Source of the DNA: Acidobacteriota bacterium
GTDB taxonomy: Bacteria > Acidobacteriota > Vicinamibacteria > Marinacidobacterales > SMYC01
Reading direction: 5' to 3'
Length of the DNA: 64,000 nt
Assembly (NCBI GenBank): GCA_004356105.1
Contig: SMYC01000026.1
Location: forward strand, 11,020 to 75,019
Position 1 is the first letter of the stretch, and the number at the start of each line of letters is the position of its first letter. Below the pieces are notes generated by a model. It made no database searches and was not told the DNA's origin. It was given only the letters and a program-made list of their open reading frames with translations. The translations under genes were made by a program, and so were the position numbers. Below, one piece after another: positions 20,425-30,751 of this stretch.

Positions 20425-21078
20425 GATGTCGTTGATGGTATCGGCCGGGCTACGATTGTCTTTAGTCGTGTTCCGCCGGACGCATTGAGAGTAGGCGCGA
20501 GTCGCTCATCATTATTAATGAGAGCCACGATCCGGTGCTAGAATTGTGAGCTTGCTCCGCGGCCGCGTTACCAGATTGCTGCTCGAGCATGGCGCCCGAC
20601 GTTCCAATCCGAGACGCTCAGGGCGCGCCCGTAATTCGGCCGAGCACAGCATTGGCAGTGTGACAATAATAATATTCGATAAGAATCTCGTTCGAACGAG
20701 ATTTCAAAGAACAGGTCGGTGCTCCCGCTGCGAGCAATCGGAACGGACCGCGGTTGCCGCGTCACCGTCTTTACCCTCCACGGACCGCGTGAGAGCTCCT
20801 TGTCTTCGTGATTGATCACTTCGGTGACGTGTGCCCAGTGCGGCATCGGCACTGGGCGTTCGTTAGGTGTATCATCCCGCGATGTTACCGGCCTGCTCAC
20901 GGCTATCGCGTGCTTGTGGCGGCTCGGGATCATGGGGCGGGTAGTTCCTCCGCCCCCTAGTTTCGTCGAGACGTTAGTCGTCTCCTGGAGGTTTCATGGC
21001 GACGAAGCACCGAGAAGGAAAAAGCGACGCAGGCGTGCAAGACCGAGGCGGCAAGGGCACGACCATCGGGCAGGCGTC

Positions 21079-22629
21079 ATGAGGCGCGCGGTCGTCCTTC
21101 TCGGCGCTGCGCTCTCCTTGGGCCCCGTAAGAGCTACAGCGCAATCCGGGCCTGAGGTCGCGCGCGCCTATCGTGAGGCCAACGAAGCTTCACTCGTGCG
21201 TGACTTCGCGGAAATGCTCAGCTACCCGAACCGGGCTCACACGCCCGAGATCCGCAGGGCGGCGCTCTATATCCGCGACCAGATGCGCGGTGTGGGTGTT
21301 CGTACCGAGCTCCTCGAGATCGACGGTGTCTCTCCGCTCATCCTCGGAGAGCTGAGGGTTCCCGGGGCGACACGCACGTTGGGCATCTACGTTCACTATG
21401 ACGGGCAAGCGGTCGACCCCACGAACTGGACGCACGACCCGTTCCATCCAACGCTCTACTCGGCTGCGATGGAAGCAGGGGGTGAGCCGATCCCGCTGCC
21501 GGAAGACGGTCAGGCGGTCGATCCCGAGTGGCGCCTCTACGCGCGATCGGCGGGCGACGACAAAGCTCCCATCGCAGCGATCCTCCCCGTGTTGCGGTCG
21601 TTCCGAGAGTCTGGTGTGGTGCCGACGTCGAACCTGGTGTTCATGTTCGATGGAGAAGAAGAGGCGGGCTCCAGGAACCTGCGGACCTATATGGAGATGG
21701 CGTCGGAGACGCTCGATGACATCGACATCTGGCTCTTCTTCGACGGCCCGGCCCACCCCAGCGGCCGGCCGCAGATCACCTTCGGCGTCCGCGGTTCTGT
21801 CGGCATGGAAGTGACGGTGTACGGCGCGACCCGGAACCTCCACTCCGGTCACTACGGCAACTGGGCGCCTGACACCGGGAACATTCTGGCTCATCTGTTG
21901 GCATCGATGAAGGACCTGGACGGCAACGTCCTCGTCGAGGGATGGTACGACACGGTCGAGCCGATCGGTGAGGAAGAGCGGGCAGCGCTTCGAGCCATGC
22001 CGGACTGGGATGCCGAGCTCCGCAGGGAGCTCGGCATCGTAAAGACGGAGGGTGAGCCACAATCTCTCCCGGAGCGTCTGCTCGTTCCGGCGCTCAACGT
22101 CCGCGGCATCACGAGCGGCAATACCGGCTCGCTCGCCCGCAACGTGATTCCCAACACGGCCGTCGCCGCGCTCGGGATCCGGATGGTGAAGGGCAACACG
22201 TCGGAATATTTGCGCCAGCGCATCATCGATCATATCGTGCGCCAGGGCTTCCACGTCGTCGAGGAAGACCCGGACATGGAGACGCGCCTGCGCTATCCAC
22301 GCATCGCCAAGGTTACGGGCGGACACGGCGGGTCTATAGCTGCGCGCACGTCGATGTCCGATCCTTTCGCTCAGAGTGTGATGGAGGCCGCGTCGGCCGC
22401 TGCTGACCGCGCGTTCGGAGAGGGCGCCCTGGTGCTCGCGCCGGGCATGGGCGGAACCCTTCCGCTCTATCTGTTCACGGAGGTCGCAGGCAAGCCGGCG
22501 ATCGTCGTGCCGGTCGCCAACCACGACAACAACCAACACGCGCCCGACGAGAATCTGCGCATCGCGAACCTTTGGTACGCGATCGACCTTTATGCAGCTT
22601 TGATGACGATGCCGAAAACGGTCTTTTAG
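21079..22629 (+). CDS. M20/M25/M40 family peptidase (dipeptidase-like), secreted
   Basis: Signal peptide MRRAVVLLGAALSLGPVRATAQ. The DDKAPIAAIL and FMFDGEEEAGS metal-binding blocks are typical of M20. Confidence 0.8.
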   Translation: MRRAVVLLGAALSLGPVRATAQSGPEVARAYREANEASLVRDFAEMLSYPNRAHTPEIRRAALYIRDQMRGVGVRTELLEIDGVSPLILGELRVPGATRTLGIYVHYDGQAVDPTNWTHDPFHPTLYSAAMEAGGEPIPLPEDGQAVDPEWRLYARSAGDDKAPIAAILPVLRSFRESGVVPTSNLVFMFDGEEEAGSRNLRTYMEMASETLDDIDIWLFFDGPAHPSGRPQITFGVRGSVGMEVTVYGATRNLHSGHYGNWAPDTGNILAHLLASMKDLDGNVLVEGWYDTVEPIGEEERAALRAMPDWDAELRRELGIVKTEGEPQSLPERLLVPALNVRGITSGNTGSLARNVIPNTAVAALGIRMVKGNTSEYLRQRIIDHIVRQGFHVVEEDPDMETRLRYPRIAKVTGGHGGSIAARTSMSDPFAQSVMEAASAAADRAFGEGALVLAPGMGGTLPLYLFTEVAGKPAIVVPVANHDNNQHAPDENLRIANLWYAIDLYAALMTMPKTVF

Positions 22630-23465
22630 TCGTTCGTCTCTTTTCCGATCGACCAGGTGACGCTGCCTTCGATCTCACCATCGCGAGTCACCTCGTACTC
22701 TCCGTTGGCGACGGGCTCGGCGGGGTGGCGCGGTAGCAGATCCTTCGTCGGAAAGTGCTCCAGCTCCCAGCGGTAAGTATCGTTCTCCGAGGACCAACGC
22801 AGAAGCGTCCCATCGTCGTCCACCCAGTGGTAGGTGGCCCCGAAACGCTCGGTGCGAAAACGGTTCGCCTCTGCCTCACCTGCGGGGACACGGATGACTT
22901 CTTTTCCCAATTTTTCGATGGTCACCGTCAAGAGCCGGTGGTGAGTGTCTTCGACATCGACAGCCTCGACACGTTGCTCTCGGGGACCTTCGGGGTCGAA
23001 GGCAGAGAGAAGAAGCGATTCGAGGGGACCCCAGAAGCCGAGAAGGGGACTCTCGGGTGACGCGGGAACCTCCGTCCGTCCGCTTCCAACGACGTCACCC
23101 TGCCAGTCGCCGCGAATGACGCGCCCGTCGTGGCGAAAGGTATAGCTGAAGTGAGGCGAATATGCCGACGTCGCCACCCAGTGGCCGCTATCGAAGCCAC
23201 CTCGCGCGTCGAAGGTGAGAACGACGAAGCGGTCCAACACCGGCCCCCAGAACTCCATACGCTCACGGGCGAGGTAGCTCACCGAGCCGTCGTGGCGGCG
23301 AAACTCGGTAAGCTCGGTATAGCCGAGAGGTCCCGCCTCTCCGGAGAGCACATAGCGGGACCGCAGGATCGTTTGTTCGGTGGCGCCTTCTTCCGCTGCA
23401 GATGCGAAGGGAACGCAGACGAGGACCATCAGGGCTGGCGTGAATTGCCGAAGGAACCAAAGCAT
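22626..23465 (-). CDS. hypothetical secreted protein
   Basis: The ORF has a signal-like MLWFLRQFTPALMVLVCVPFASA and no recognisable domain. Confidence 0.4.
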   Translation of the reverse strand: MLWFLRQFTPALMVLVCVPFASAAEEGATEQTILRSRYVLSGEAGPLGYTELTEFRRHDGSVSYLARERMEFWGPVLDRFVVLTFDARGGFDSGHWVATSAYSPHFSYTFRHDGRVIRGDWQGDVVGSGRTEVPASPESPLLGFWGPLESLLLSAFDPEGPREQRVEAVDVEDTHHRLLTVTIEKLGKEVIRVPAGEAEANRFRTERFGATYHWVDDDGTLLRWSSENDTYRWELEHFPTKDLLPRHPAEPVANGEYEVTRDGEIEGSVTWSIGKETND

Positions 23466-23848
23466 TACCGGCACATTCTGCCATTTATTTTTCAAACTCG
23501 CGATAGGCGTGTCTTTGCTGCGCAAGATTGGGACGCGATTGGGTAAGGGCGGAAGCGAAATTTACCATGGCGCTCAAAGTGATCGCGCGCGGGCTTGCCC
23601 ATGACGCGGAACGGCGATTCGAGGAGATATTGGCGATGTGCGTAGAGGCCGGTTCTTCCCGCAGCGGGCACTGTGCTTCGGCCGAGAGCCACACCGCAAC
23701 ACGAGGGGACGTACAACTCTCCCCGGGGAGAGTTGTACAGCGCGTGTGCCAAGTTCCGAACGTATTCCGAGTCGAGGTGACACTGGAGCTTGACGGCTAG
23801 CGTTCCATCCGCAAAAGCACCACGTCAAACATTCACCCTCAACGACTC

Positions 23849-24951
23849 CTATCGGTCGAAGCGGTAGACGGTGCCGCCCTTCATGACGAAGTGCACGCGC
23901 TCGAGCTCGGTGATATCGGCGAGCGGATTGCCCTCGACGGCGATGATGTCGGCGAGCTTCCCGACCGTGATCGTGCCGATCCGATCCTCCCAGCCGAGAA
24001 GATCGGCCGCGTGCTGCGTCGCCGACAGGATCGCGTCCATGGGCTCCATGCCCCACGCCACGAGATCGCGGAACTGCTTGGCGTTGTCGCCGTGCGGGAT
24101 GACGCCGGCGTCGGTTCCGAAAGCGATCTTGACGCCATGGCGGCTCGCGAGCTTGAGTGCCGCTTCGTGGCCTTCGACGATCAAGCCGAGCTTCTCGATG
24201 ATGATCGGCGGGTATCCCCAGCCGGGAGCACGCTCGAGAAACCAGCGATCTTCGAACGAGTCCTTCACGAGATAGGTCCCGTGCTCGACCATCAAGCGCG
24301 CGGCTTCCTCGTCGAGGAACGTACCGTGCTCGATCGATGCCACACCCGCACGCACGGCACGTTTGATCCCCTCGGCGCCATGGGCGTGGGCGGCGACACG
24401 GCGGCCCCACATCGATGCTTCGTCGACGAGCGCGTCGAGCTCTTCTTGCGTATAGAGCGCCCGGTCGACCGAGTCTTCCTCCGACATCGCTCCGGCCGTC
24501 GCGGTCACTTTTATGACGTCGGCGCCGTACTTGACCTCGAAACGCACTTTCTTACGAATCTCGTCGACGCCGTCGGCAATCCCGGAGAGCTCGTGGAGCT
24601 CGACGAAGGGCGAGTAGCCGTTGATGTCCGCATGTCCGCCGGTGGCGCTGATCGACATCGTGGCCGCTTGGATGCGCGGGCCGGGAATGTCCGTGTGGCA
24701 ATCGATGAGCCCTGGAAGGACGGTGGCTGTTGAAAGATCGATCACTTCCGCGCCGGCGGGGATCTCAACGTCCGCGCCGACTGCGACAATGTGCTCGCCT
24801 TCGTCAGGATGACCGCGGGAGATACGGGCGGGCCACCGAGGCCGTCGATGAGTGTGCCGACTCGGAGCGCGATTCCTTCAGCGCCGACGACCGACGCACC
24901 GGCGATGCATGAGCCGAGTGCGATAGTGAGCGTGGCCGTGCGAAGTTTCAT
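23849..24951 (-). CDS. metal-dependent amidohydrolase (frameshift near 24745-24790)
   Basis: The signal peptide and RVGTLIDGLGGP are in ORF 24742-24951. The body (VLPGLIDCHTDIPG ... amidohydrolase_1 blocks) is in ORF 23849-24745. Confidence 0.6.
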
Positions 24952-24990
24952 TGCGAACGCTGGCCTAATGTTCGCCTAACGTGCTTATGA

Positions 24991-26748
24991 TCAGCAGCTG
25001 ACGCACTTGTGGTTGTTTGTAGCACCCAGGCTCTCGAGCAGCGCAACCGTCTCCGGATAAGGCTGGACGCGCTGCACGGGGCCATTCGCCATGTCGGCTG
25101 TCGTCTGACCTTTGCGGCTGACGAAGGTCACATCCGCGCCTTTCGACACCAGATACTGGATGAGCTCGTTGTCTCCACGAGCGGCTGCATGGTGTACGGT
25201 GTTGTAGCCCTTGTAGTCTCTCACGTTCACCTCGGCGCCGAGCTCTTCCACGAGAAACTTCACGGCGGGGAGCCATCCATCGGGCACGTGGCGATGCGAA
25301 TTGCCGGCGAAGCCTTGACCGTGGCCCACGCCCGAAGCGGCGTGGATCGGGTAGACCGCGGGGCCGCCCATCGGAACGGGCGGCAAGCCCGAGTGGTCTG
25401 TATTGTCCCCGTCTCGGCGCTTTCGTTCGGGAATTTTGAGCGTCGGCATGTTCGGGTCCGCGCCATGGGCGAGCAAGAGGCGCATCGCGTCGATGTCGAG
25501 TGCGTGTGCCGCGCGCCAGAAAGGTGTCGCGCCGGCCCGGTTGACGCCGAGCAGATCGCGGTTATAGGTCGTATACCAGAGCGTCTTCTTCAGACGGACG
25601 TTCGGGTCGACGCCTGCCTTCAGGAGTGTTTCCATCACTTCGAGATAGGTGAGCTCTTGCTGCATATAAGCAACGGGCTGTGGGTGGCGCGCTTTCGGGG
25701 CCCAGTGCATGTTGAGCGCGGCGTAGAGCGGTGTGGCTCCCGCGTCGCTCGCGACGCTCGGGTCGGCGCCGCGCTCGAAAAGCTGCATGGCGAGGTCGAA
25801 ATGTCCGTTGAACATCGCGATGAGCATCGGGCTCGTGTTGTCGGCAGCGCTCACTTGGTTGATGTCGGCCGTGCCCTTTATGAGTGCGAGGGCGGTGCCG
25901 ACATGTCCTTCGCGCGCGGCGAGAAGAAGAGGGGTGAGGCCGCCATGGGTCGCGATCAGAGCGGCGTAGTCGAGCGGCACGGGCTCGCCCCCGCGGCGGA
26001 GCGCTTCGTCTCTGTCTTCGGGCTCGGTTTCCGTTTCGCCTGGCGTGTTACTGTCTATGGGCGCGTTCTTCATTGCTGCCGCGCGGAGCTTCGCGATGCG
26101 CTTGTTGCGCTCGCGGCGCTCGGACTGGTCGTACTCGTTCCGCTCGACAAGGTCCACGACCTTGGCTGCGATCGACGGGTCCGCCTCGCCTTCGAGCAAG
26201 ACCTCGACGACCTCGGTCCGTCCCGCCGCGGCCGCAAACATGAGTGCTGTCTGTCCCCAATGAGGCTCGGCTGCGTTCACCTTCGCTCCGTGCTCGACCA
26301 AGGCGGCGACGGCCAGAGCACTTCCGGAGGCCGCGGCGAAGTGAAGCGGGGTCGCTCCTGTGGTCGTGATCGCGTTCGCGTTGGCGCCTGCCAGAAGGAG
26401 CCCCTTCACGACGGAAGCGCGGCCCGCGGCGCTCGCGACGTGGAGCGGTGTATGCGCTCCAATGCGCGTCGTCGCTTCGAGATCGGCGCCGGCACCGATC
26501 AAGACTTCAGCGATCGCCGCGTTGCCCTTGCGCGCCGCCCAATGGAGGCCGGTCATCCCGTCGCCGAAGCGCGCGTTCACATCGGAGCCTTGCTCGAGAA
26601 GCGCGCGCAGCGTGACAACATCGCCGCCCATCGCGGCGTCAGCAACAGAAGCGCCACTAGCGACAGGGGCTTTGGGAGCCGCGACCGTCCCGGCGGTTGC
26701 CACCCAGAAGAGTGCTGCGAGAAGCATAGAAGCCTTCCACATGCGCAT
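24991..26748 (-). CDS. secreted ankyrin-repeat protein
   Basis: Signal peptide, then at least ten ANK repeats (G.TPLH.AA..G......LL..GAD.N). 585 aa. Confidence 0.8.
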   Translation of the reverse strand: MRMWKASMLLAALFWVATAGTVAAPKAPVASGASVADAAMGGDVVTLRALLEQGSDVNARFGDGMTGLHWAARKGNAAIAEVLIGAGADLEATTRIGAHTPLHVASAAGRASVVKGLLLAGANANAITTTGATPLHFAAASGSALAVAALVEHGAKVNAAEPHWGQTALMFAAAAGRTEVVEVLLEGEADPSIAAKVVDLVERNEYDQSERRERNKRIAKLRAAAMKNAPIDSNTPGETETEPEDRDEALRRGGEPVPLDYAALIATHGGLTPLLLAAREGHVGTALALIKGTADINQVSAADNTSPMLIAMFNGHFDLAMQLFERGADPSVASDAGATPLYAALNMHWAPKARHPQPVAYMQQELTYLEVMETLLKAGVDPNVRLKKTLWYTTYNRDLLGVNRAGATPFWRAAHALDIDAMRLLLAHGADPNMPTLKIPERKRRDGDNTDHSGLPPVPMGGPAVYPIHAASGVGHGQGFAGNSHRHVPDGWLPAVKFLVEELGAEVNVRDYKGYNTVHHAAARGDNELIQYLVSKGADVTFVSRKGQTTADMANGPVQRVQPYPETVALLESLGATNNHKCVSC

Positions 26749-26760
26749 CGTCTTTCTCCT

Positions 26761-28179
26761 CTAGACCGAGAGCGAGAACGGAGCGGTGCTGTCTCCGAAG
26801 CTCTCCATCTCCTCGAAGCCGAGCTTCTGCAGGAGGCTCAGCATCACGTTCGCCATCGGGGTTCCGGGCGCGGCGCGGAGGTGCAGGCCGCCATCGAGCT
26901 TTCCGTTTGCGCCGCCGACGATGAAGAGCGGGCAGCGCTTGTGATTGTGCACGTTCGGGTCGCCCATCGGCGAGCCGTAGAGGATCATCGTTTTGTCCAG
27001 AAGCGTCTGCCCGCCCCCGCCCTCGGCTTCGACGTCCTCAATGCTCGCGAGCTTCTCGAGAAAGTACGGGAGCAGACTCACGTGGTAGCGGTTGATGCGG
27101 AAAAAATCCGTGATCTTCTCCTCTTTGTCGCCGTGATGGGACGCGGGGTGGAATCCTTTGTCGACGCCGCTCTCGGGGTAGACGCGACTCGAGGCGTCCC
27201 GGCCCATCTTGAACGAGAACACGCGCGTCATATCCGCTTGGAAGGCGAGCGCCTGGAGGTCGAACATGAGCTTCACGTGCTCGTCGAAGGAGTCGGGAAC
27301 CCCCGCGGGCGCTTGGGGTAGCTCGCGCATCTCGCCGCTCATGTTGCGCTCGACGACTTTCTGTATGCGTCGCTCGATCTCGCGGATGTTCTCGAGATAG
27401 CGATCCACGCGACGGCGGTCGGGAGCGTCGAGCGTGCCCTTCAGCGCGGAGACTTCTCCCGTCACGAAATCAAGAATGCTCCGGCTCGAGCGTCGTCGGG
27501 CGGCGCGCTCTTCGGCCGTGCCTCCGGCGCCGAAGACCATGTCGAAGGCGAGCCTGGGGTCGCGGAGCATGGGAAGCGGCTCCGTTGGAGACTTCCAGCT
27601 AATCGTGTCCGTGTAGACGCACGAGTAGCCATAGGCGCATCCGCCGGCCTGGTCGACGTTCTCGATGCAAAGCTGCATCGAGGGGATGGGGGTGTCCTGG
27701 CCGAAGCGCTGGGCGTAGAGCTGGTCCATGGACGTTCCCGACAAGACGTCCGAGCTCTCGGTCTGCCTGGGATGGGATTGGGTGAGAAAGACCGCGCTCG
27801 AGCGAAAGTGGTCGCCGCCGATCTCCTCGGGGATGAACGCTTCCGCGTTTTGCAGATCGGTGTCGCTAACGATCGTCAGGTATTTTTGAAACGGCTCGAG
27901 GGAGCTCAGAGCTGTCGGGCCGAGATCGAAGTCGCGGCCTTCCGCGGCGGGGGACCATAGGTTCTGTGTCGAGCCCCACTTCGTGCTGCCGGCGGCGCCG
28001 TGCACCATCTCGATGCAGACGAGTCGCGTGCGATCGGCCCCTGTTGCTCTTGTCGCTCTTCTCGCACCGAACGCTTTGCCGGCGGGCACCATTGCCTCGA
28101 GGAAAGGAAGCGCCACGGTGGCTCCCATGCCGCGGAGGAAAGTCCTGCGTGGAAGGTGCTTTCCAGTAATGATCCCCAT
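26761..28179 (-). CDS. DUF1552-family protein (Tat signal)
   Basis: MGIITGKHLPRRTFLRGMGATVALPFLEAMVP is the hallmark DUF1552 N-terminus. It is adjacent to a DUF1592-type gene, as usual. Confidence 0.7.
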   Translation of the reverse strand: MGIITGKHLPRRTFLRGMGATVALPFLEAMVPAGKAFGARRATRATGADRTRLVCIEMVHGAAGSTKWGSTQNLWSPAAEGRDFDLGPTALSSLEPFQKYLTIVSDTDLQNAEAFIPEEIGGDHFRSSAVFLTQSHPRQTESSDVLSGTSMDQLYAQRFGQDTPIPSMQLCIENVDQAGGCAYGYSCVYTDTISWKSPTEPLPMLRDPRLAFDMVFGAGGTAEERAARRRSSRSILDFVTGEVSALKGTLDAPDRRRVDRYLENIREIERRIQKVVERNMSGEMRELPQAPAGVPDSFDEHVKLMFDLQALAFQADMTRVFSFKMGRDASSRVYPESGVDKGFHPASHHGDKEEKITDFFRINRYHVSLLPYFLEKLASIEDVEAEGGGGQTLLDKTMILYGSPMGDPNVHNHKRCPLFIVGGANGKLDGGLHLRAAPGTPMANVMLSLLQKLGFEEMESFGDSTAPFSLSV

Positions 28180-28198
28180 GTCTCTGCTCCTTTTGTGC

Positions 28199-30622
28199 TT
28201 AATGCGATCCTTCGGCAGCGGCTTCCGTCTCGGCTTCGACGGCCACCGACTTCATACGGAATGCGGGACTCGTCACAACGCCCACAATATAAGAAGACAT
28301 TCGCTGGCCGTTCTCGTTCGCCGCGCGCTCGATGATGCGGATCGACGGCATGTCGTAATACTCGACGCGCCGACCCAAGGCATAGGCCATCAGGTTTTCC
28401 GTGAACGTGCGCACGAACGACGTCTGCCGATTGAGAAGCGCCGCTCTCAAATCCTTTGGGCCCGTAAGTGGCGTTCCGTCATAGAGCTCACCGGAGACGT
28501 CGACGAGCACGCCGCGATCTTTGATTCGCCACGCACCCGTCGCGTCGAAATTCTCGAGCGCGAGACCGGGCGGGTCGATCATCCTGTGACAGGAATTGCA
28601 TGCCGGGCTCGCCCGGTGTTTTTCCATTTGCTCTCGCACGGAAAGCAGGCGGCCTCCTTCAACGTCGCCCGTCTCTTCGAGCTCCGGGACGTTTGGCGGC
28701 GGCGGCGGTGGCGGCGACCCGAGTAGGACCTCCATGATCCACTTGCCGCGAAGAACAGGAGACGTGCGGCTTGCGTGCGAGGTCAAGGTCAACACACTGC
28801 CGTGACCCAAAATGCCGCGGCGTTCTTCGTCCGGATAGGAGACGCGGCGGAACTCATTGCCCAGGACGTTCTCGATGCCGTAGTGCTTCGCGAGCCGCTC
28901 GTCGAGGAACGTGTAGTCCGCGCTCAAAAGCTCGAGCACGCTGCGGTCCTCGCGCACGAGGCTGTCGAAGAAAAGCTCGGTCTCGCGATACATCGATCGC
29001 TTGAGCTGGTCGTGATAGTCGGGATAGGTTCGCACGTTCGGATGCATCTTCTCGAGATCCGACAAGCGGAGCCACTGAGCCGCGAAGCGGGTGGAGAGCG
29101 CGAAGGAGCGCGGGTCGGCCAACATTCTCCGTGTTTGCTGCGTCAGGGCGTTCGTCTCCGAGAGGCGGCCTTCACGCGCTACGCGCATGAGCTCTTCATC
29201 CGGGGGCGTTCCCCAGAGAAAATAGGACAAGCGGGAGGCTAGGTCGACATCGGACACGCGATAAGCACCCTCGGATGTGCTCGTCTCGGGCGGCTCCTCG
29301 AAGCGAAAGACGAAATGCGGGCTCGCGAGCATGCCTTCGAGCGCGGTGCGGACGCCGTGCTCGAAGCCCCCGTCTTCGGCGCCGACTTCATAGAGCGTCA
29401 TGAGTGCTGCGAGGTCGTTGTCGGCGAGGGGCCGTCGATAAGCTCGAGCACCCAACCGCGCCACGATGACTTCGGCGCAGGCGGACGCGTCGTCCGGTGA
29501 TTCTGGACGGCACGAGAAGATCTTTCGCCGACTTGGCGTCTCCGAGACGCCGGTCGCGTTGTAGGGGCCGGTGATGGCGAGATCGCGCAAGTGCGGCACG
29601 CTCGTGAAGCCGTAGGAGTCCGCGATGCTCGTGCTGGCGATCGACCAGTCGTGGGGGGACATCAAATCCTGGAGCGGGCCTTCGACCTTGTTGATGAAGG
29701 CGGCGGAGATGCGCTGCGGTCCGGACTGGACGAAGATCGGCTCTGTGCGGAGGTCCATGCCGTCCGGATCGGAAGTGTGCATCCAGCGATCGATGGTGAG
29801 GAGCGCTTTGCGCTCGCCGTTGACGGAGATTTCGATTTGCTCGAGCTCGTCGACCGTGTGCAGTGCCGCGCGGCCGCTCCCGTGGAGCGCGCCCGTGGTT
29901 TCGTGATGGAACGAGACGCGAAAACGGTACTCACCATCGGCGGGGAAGTTATGGATGACGGAGGTGCCGCCTCTCGTTCCGTAGGGAGCGCCTTCGACTT
30001 GCTCTGTTTGCGAGACCCAGCGCGTGACTTTGTACGTGGTTTCTCTCGGGGAGGCCGTAGCGTCACCGACCGCGAGACGGCTGACTTCGCTGGCCGCTCG
30101 CAGGTAGCCTTCCATCAACGTTGCGGACAAGAGCTGCACGTCGGCGATGTTGTCGAAGTTAGCGCTCTTCGTGTCGAGCGGAAGATAGGCCCCTGCGTCG
30201 ATGTCGAGATCGAGAAGCACTTTTATCGACGCGCTGTACTCGGCGCGGTTGAGGCGCTGGAACGTACGCCGTCCGGGGTTCGGATTTTGAGACGCCACTT
30301 GGTCGATACGCGTCTCGAGCGCGACAGCGAGCGCCTGCAAGCTCTCTTCACTCGGCCGCGGCATGCCCGCGGGGGGCATCATGCCCGCTCGGAGCTTGCG
30401 GATGACTTTCTCGGCCAGCTCTTGCGTCTGCTCGGCCGCGGACACGTTGAACGCCTCGAGGGACATATTGCCGAGAAGCGTCACGTCGTTGTGACAGACC
30501 AGACACGTGTCCTCGAGCAGAGCCTGGGCGGCTTCGGTAGCTTCGTTCGGCGACGCAGCGAGGCTCGACGCCAAAGCCACAAAGAAAGTTGCGGCGCCCA
30601 GCCTTGCCGCCATGAAGTTCAT
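28199..30622 (-). CDS. DUF1592/DUF1588/DUF1587/DUF1585/DUF1595 multidomain protein with cytochrome-c-like CxxCH motifs
   Basis: TCLVCHN near the N-terminus and CNSCHRMIDPPG near the C-terminus. About 800 aa. It is the conserved partner of DUF1552. The start is set at the Met before the signal-like MNFMAARLGAATFFVALA. Confidence 0.7.
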   Translation of the reverse strand: MNFMAARLGAATFFVALASSLAASPNEATEAAQALLEDTCLVCHNDVTLLGNMSLEAFNVSAAEQTQELAEKVIRKLRAGMMPPAGMPRPSEESLQALAVALETRIDQVASQNPNPGRRTFQRLNRAEYSASIKVLLDLDIDAGAYLPLDTKSANFDNIADVQLLSATLMEGYLRAASEVSRLAVGDATASPRETTYKVTRWVSQTEQVEGAPYGTRGGTSVIHNFPADGEYRFRVSFHHETTGALHGSGRAALHTVDELEQIEISVNGERKALLTIDRWMHTSDPDGMDLRTEPIFVQSGPQRISAAFINKVEGPLQDLMSPHDWSIASTSIADSYGFTSVPHLRDLAITGPYNATGVSETPSRRKIFSCRPESPDDASACAEVIVARLGARAYRRPLADNDLAALMTLYEVGAEDGGFEHGVRTALEGMLASPHFVFRFEEPPETSTSEGAYRVSDVDLASRLSYFLWGTPPDEELMRVAREGRLSETNALTQQTRRMLADPRSFALSTRFAAQWLRLSDLEKMHPNVRTYPDYHDQLKRSMYRETELFFDSLVREDRSVLELLSADYTFLDERLAKHYGIENVLGNEFRRVSYPDEERRGILGHGSVLTLTSHASRTSPVLRGKWIMEVLLGSPPPPPPPNVPELEETGDVEGGRLLSVREQMEKHRASPACNSCHRMIDPPGLALENFDATGAWRIKDRGVLVDVSGELYDGTPLTGPKDLRAALLNRQTSFVRTFTENLMAYALGRRVEYYDMPSIRIIERAANENGQRMSSYIVGVVTSPAFRMKSVAVEAETEAAAEGSH

Positions 30623-30751
30623 TAATTGCCTCACTTTACGGGCCTTTAGTCCGAGGGGCCCCTCAGCCCTGGCGTTCATCCCTGCGCTATAGCCAGCGTA
30701 GCATACCACCGAGCGGACATCATTAATAACAGCTGGCCGGACGGGTCTGTC

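Noticed and set aside
21190-22539. 449-aa minus-strand ORF
   Set aside because: Antisense to the M20 peptidase, with no recognisable motifs.
25009-27321. 770-aa plus-strand ORF
   Set aside because: It is antisense to the ankyrin and DUF1552 genes and has Arg/Ala/Gly-rich low-complexity composition typical of GC-rich shadow ORFs.
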